DNA from: Candidatus Latescibacterota bacterium
GTDB taxonomy: Bacteria > Latescibacterota > UBA2968 > UBA8231
Assembly (NCBI GenBank): GCA_965248265.1
Contig: CBDFJF010000001.1
Coordinates: 3,008,001 to 3,072,000 of the forward strand
Direction of reading: 5' to 3'
Length of the DNA stretch: 64,000 nucleotides
Numbering within the stretch: position 1 is the first letter of the stretch; the number at the start of each line of letters is the position of its first letter. The notes under the pieces are model-generated. The model did not search any database. It saw only the letters and a program-made list of their open reading frames with translations, and was not told where the DNA came from. The position numbers were made by a program, and so were the translations under genes. Positions 60,320 to 64,000 of the stretch are shown one piece after another.

Positions 60320-62748
60320 ATGGTCCAGATAAATCTGCATATCCGGACGGCCATGCTGGCCTGTCTGTTGCTCCCCGCGATCGCTTCCGCTGCCGACGAT
60401 GTCCTTTTAGTGTCCTTTTAGTCAAATCGCCACACACTTCACTGAGCAAGACCCGCAAGCTGCTCGACGCAGCTGATTTACGCCTGATGTTGCCTCGTGG
60501 CTACGTGATAGAGACTGAGGGCGAGACCACCCTAGGCAAACGGAGCGGCGTCGTCGAGGTGCGCTCCTACATCAAGCAGACTCAGCGGGGAGTCGCCAGG
60601 CGTGACCGCCTCGAGATCGCGATCGTGCCCGGGTTTCAGCAGGGTTATGAGTTCGCCTTGTATCGCTCACCCAATGATCGAGTCCTCTACGACATCAAGG
60701 ACGGCCTGAAACAGATCGCAGACCGGGCGAAGACGCGCAGCGGCTCTGCAGAGCCTGAGCTCGGCTACGAGATGCTTCGCCTCGGTCACATGGACGCAAG
60801 TCGGGCGCTTTCCCTGCTCAAAGCACTCGGGTACACGACGATCGAATTCTCGGCTGCATCGAGCGGCAAGGGCGGAGAAGAGGTCTTCAACCTCTCGAAA
60901 GGCTCGGGCAAAAAGCTGCCGTGGATCATCAAGGTCGTGAATGCGTCGAAGACGAGTCTACTGGAAGCGGAGAGTTCGGGTACCTCCAGGGCGCGGACGT
61001 CGAGTAGTTCCAAAAAGGGTGGAATTCAGGGAGCCCCCCAGCTGGGCGGAGCGCACCTGTTCGGAGCCACAACCGACGCTCCGGAAGAGCGCCTGCTGAT
61101 GGTGTACGATCGCAACGAGCCTGAGGAGCTGGAGAAGCTCGTCAACCTGCTTCAGTCCTACATCGACGTGGCGGCGCAGCAGATCGTCATCGAGGCTCTG
61201 GTGATCGAAATCAACAAAAACCAGCTAAAGGATCTTGGGGTAGAGCTCTTCGCCTCGCAGGATCACGCAAGCGGATCGTTTGCCGGGGAGGGAAGCTCGG
61301 CGGAGGGGACCTTCGTTTTTTCGCGAGATGGCTTCAACGATTTTACAAGCTTCAGCGCCACTGTAAAAGCGCTAGCTGAGAGCGGGGACGCCGAGATTCT
61401 GTCCAGTCCGTCCGTGCTCGTTCTCAATGATCGGCAGGCCCGGGTCCAGGTCGGGCGGCAGATTCCCGTCTCGCGCACAAGCTCGACGACTTCAACTACG
61501 GTAAAGGGGGTCGAATACTTCCCTATCGGCATCGTTCTCAATATTCGCCCTCGCATCAACCGCGACAATACAGAAGTAGCGATGCAGATCGAGACTATCG
61601 TCAGCTCGATCTCGTCGGAGTCAGCTGCCAAAGTGGAGGAGAAAACTGACATCTCTTTCTCACCCATCGTCGACAACAGGTTGGTGGAAAGTTATGTCCG
61701 GGTAGCGGACGGTACCCCCTTCATAATCGGTGGGTTGTTGTCGACGAACGAACAGCGTACACGCTTCGGTGTCCCTCTCCTGATGCAAATTCCCCTTATT
61801 GGCCGGTTGTTTTCCAAGGAGCGGGTCGAGCATCTGCGGCGAGAGGTGATCGTCGTCATCACGCCCCATATAGTGCCGCTTGAATCCCGTGATTTCAGCT
61901 ACCTCATTCCCAAAGACTCGGACATTTTCGACCGCTTTGACTATAACCTTTTCCGCAACGGGTATCGGGTACGTGATGACGACGTCTGGGATTTGGCGTT
62001 CATTCAGGAGAGTCCCGTCCTGCAGGACTTGACTGCCCGTGTCAGAGGGAGTGCAACAGCGGACGTCCTGATGTGGCGCAAAGAGCCTTTCAGCACCCTG
62101 CTTGCCGGCAATATTCCTGGCGAAAGCGTCCTCGTCAGACGCATGCTCAGCGATATCATCCGCAAACTGGACTTCGCAAGGGAAATCGACACAAAGAAGC
62201 TGTTTTTCTTCGAGAAAACGAAGAGTGACAATCTTCTGGACCGCGATCTGCCGTCGACCCTCGACCGGGCACTGAAGTCGCAGGATCGCGCTGTCATGCT
62301 CACCTACCAGGCCAAATCGCGGCCCGAGTCGGGACGGCCCTTTGGATATCCTTTCGCTGTGGTGGCAGACACCGTGGTCCCACCCGAGGAGGAGGACTTC
62401 AGTGCCTTTCTGAGGGATGTCAACCCGGTGGACGAACAAGAACGGCCGTTGAGATGGACCATCGTCATCAGGAACCAGAACGACGTCGAGCATCTGCACA
62501 GAGCACTGATCCTCAAGCGGTTGCTTGAGTTGAACGACAAGCTGCCTCTTACCCTGGAGGCCTTCCAACCGGGTCTGCAGATCGTCTTCCCTAGCCGTGA
62601 GGATGTGGCTCGTCGCTACCACCTCATCGACGGTGACGTCGCGCAGTTGTTTTACGAAACCTCATCAAGCCAGTATTACCCGGCATTCGAGCGCATCTTC
62701 AATCGCAAGACCAGAGAAATCGAACAAGAACTCGGGGGCAGAAAATGA
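60320..62748 (+). CDS. Secretin-family outer-membrane protein, frameshifted in its N-terminus by an 11-bp duplication
   Basis: QQIVIEALVIE, ILSSPSVLVLNDRQA.VQVG.QIP, GIVLNIRP.I, V.VADG..FIIGGL, GVPLL.QIPLIGRLF, IVVITPHIV; the signal peptide lies in another frame from 60320. Confidence 0.85.
60400..60421 (+). repeat. Perfect 11-bp tandem duplication
   Basis: TGTCCTTTTAG TGTCCTTTTAG. Confidence 0.95.
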
Positions 62749-63203
62749 TGGTCCGGTTGTTCGGCCTGGGGTGGGTACTGCTGTTGAGCGGCTTGGCTGC
62801 CTGCTCGGAACCACAAGATCGCGTCACCGGATCCACGTCCGACGGTCAGTTTGCACTACGCTTGGAAGCAGAAAAAAACTGGCTACGTGCAGCGACCAAT
62901 CAAACCCTTCCCATTCTCGTGACACTGGAGAGCCTGACTGGCGCCTTTGACGAGGAGCGTACTGAGCGAGTCGAGTTCCATGCTAACAATGGTGACGTCT
63001 CGGCGTCGTCCCTGCCCTTCACCTTCACGCCCCGGGATGAACTACTCGGGACTCCCGGCGACACGGCCAAGTCTCAGTGGATCACGTTCAGGACAGACGA
63101 CAGGGAAGTCAAGTCGACTCAACAGGGAGAGGTCATCGCCCTCCTCGAAGACGATGATCTGCAGGTCAACTTCAAGATCCGCTTCGTCGACGGGGAAGAG
63201 TAA
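62745..63203 (+). CDS. Hypothetical lipoprotein coupled to the secretin gene
   Basis: ATGA overlap with the secretin stop; lipobox LAAC. Confidence 0.8.
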   Translation: MMVRLFGLGWVLLLSGLAACSEPQDRVTGSTSDGQFALRLEAEKNWLRAATNQTLPILVTLESLTGAFDEERTERVEFHANNGDVSASSLPFTFTPRDELLGTPGDTAKSQWITFRTDDREVKSTQQGEVIALLEDDDLQVNFKIRFVDGEE

Positions 63204-63250
63204 GCAACATCGTCGCTGGGTGACGCCCTAAGCTGGTGTTGCTCCGTTCA

Positions 63251-63829
63251 TCACCCCACGAAAATCGCCTCATCCGGCCAATCCTCTCGCAGGACGGCCT
63301 CCTCCATGTTCACCATCGGCAGGTAGTTGTGCTCGCGCCGTATCGTACCAAGAAGTCTGATGGTGCGCAGCTCATCGATCGAGCTCTCTCCGTGATTTTT
63401 CTGTAGGGAAGGGATGATCTTGCCCTGAACGCTGTCGGCGACGTCGCTGTCGGATTCGCCTTCAACGATCATGATCAAGGCGATATGCCCGTCGGTCTCG
63501 GCGATGAAGCTGTCTCTGATCAACTCGCTGAAGACGGTAGCCACATTGGCCTCGCTGCGGATCTCCTCAACGACCTGAACGCGAGTGATGCCGAGTTTGA
63601 ACTTGATGATCACCATGTGCTGAGTTTTCAGCGAGGAGGAGGCACCGTCCGCCTGCAGGTCCAACCCGGTGTAGTATTTGATCGTCCCTCTACGCTCGAG
63701 CCGAGTGCGCTTGCGACTCACGGTTCGGACCGGGATTCCAGTCATCGAACTGATGCGGTTGTCGGAAAAACGGGGGTTGCGGATCAGCGCCCTGACAATC
63801 GAGCGCTCTTGTGTGTCGAGTTCCTTCAT
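63251..63829 (-). CDS. Lrp/AsnC-type winged-HTH regulator
   Basis: LDTQERSIVRALIRNPRFSDNRIS..TGIP..TV.RKRTRLE..GTI. Confidence 0.8.
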   Translation of the reverse strand: MKELDTQERSIVRALIRNPRFSDNRISSMTGIPVRTVSRKRTRLERRGTIKYYTGLDLQADGASSSLKTQHMVIIKFKLGITRVQVVEEIRSEANVATVFSELIRDSFIAETDGHIALIMIVEGESDSDVADSVQGKIIPSLQKNHGESSIDELRTIRLLGTIRREHNYLPMVNMEEAVLREDWPDEAIFVG

Positions 63830-63920
63830 GTCACAAAATCACCATTTTACAGGCAAAAATGACAAAATCAGGCCATAATCAGTGGGTATGTGTCGTTTTA
63901 AGTACTACAAAACCAGAAAA

Positions 63921-63966
63921 ATGTCAAATTTTATCATTGACATGGTAAATGACACAGCTATATTAT
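63921..63966. promoter_or_regulatory. Divergent promoter/operator region
   Basis: Inverted repeat ATGTCAA-N9-TTGACAT (a TTGACA on each strand); + strand TTGACA-N18-TATTAT; extra AAATGACA copies at about 63857 and 63947. Confidence 0.5.
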
Positions 63967-64000
63967 ACTCTCGCCGTCACGTCTGACGGCCGCGCTCCGC

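Overview
This is a GC-rich bacterial chromosomal window, mostly core and housekeeping genes. Gene content and C-terminal tags suggest an FCB-related candidate phylum such as Ca. Latescibacterota; that assignment is inference. It holds the translation cluster ispE-tRNA(Gln)-rplY-pth-hppA-rpsF-DUF2232-rplI, selC (tRNA-Sec), tRNA-Leu, hemF, hrpA, an nfeD-nfeD-floA operon, a VWA/VIT pair, two sigma factors, two HDOD proteins, gltA, hpf, split pntA/pntB and an orphan secretin followed by a lipoprotein. I saw no integrase, IS or CRISPR array. The most notable observations are: (1) a dispersed family of five N-terminally anchored coiled-coil proteins in two alignable subtypes; (2) two kinds of C-terminal tag on secreted proteins, plus a collapsed gingipain/PorU-like gene; (3) an 11-bp tandem duplication that cuts the signal peptide off the secretin; (4) a recurring 25-bp palindromic intergenic motif, and DnaA boxes upstream of the RpoD-like sigma gene; (5) clean-cut gene remnants (grxC, EamA) and small or CTG-start genes missed by the ORF track. 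All product calls come from recognising motifs by eye; no database searches were run.
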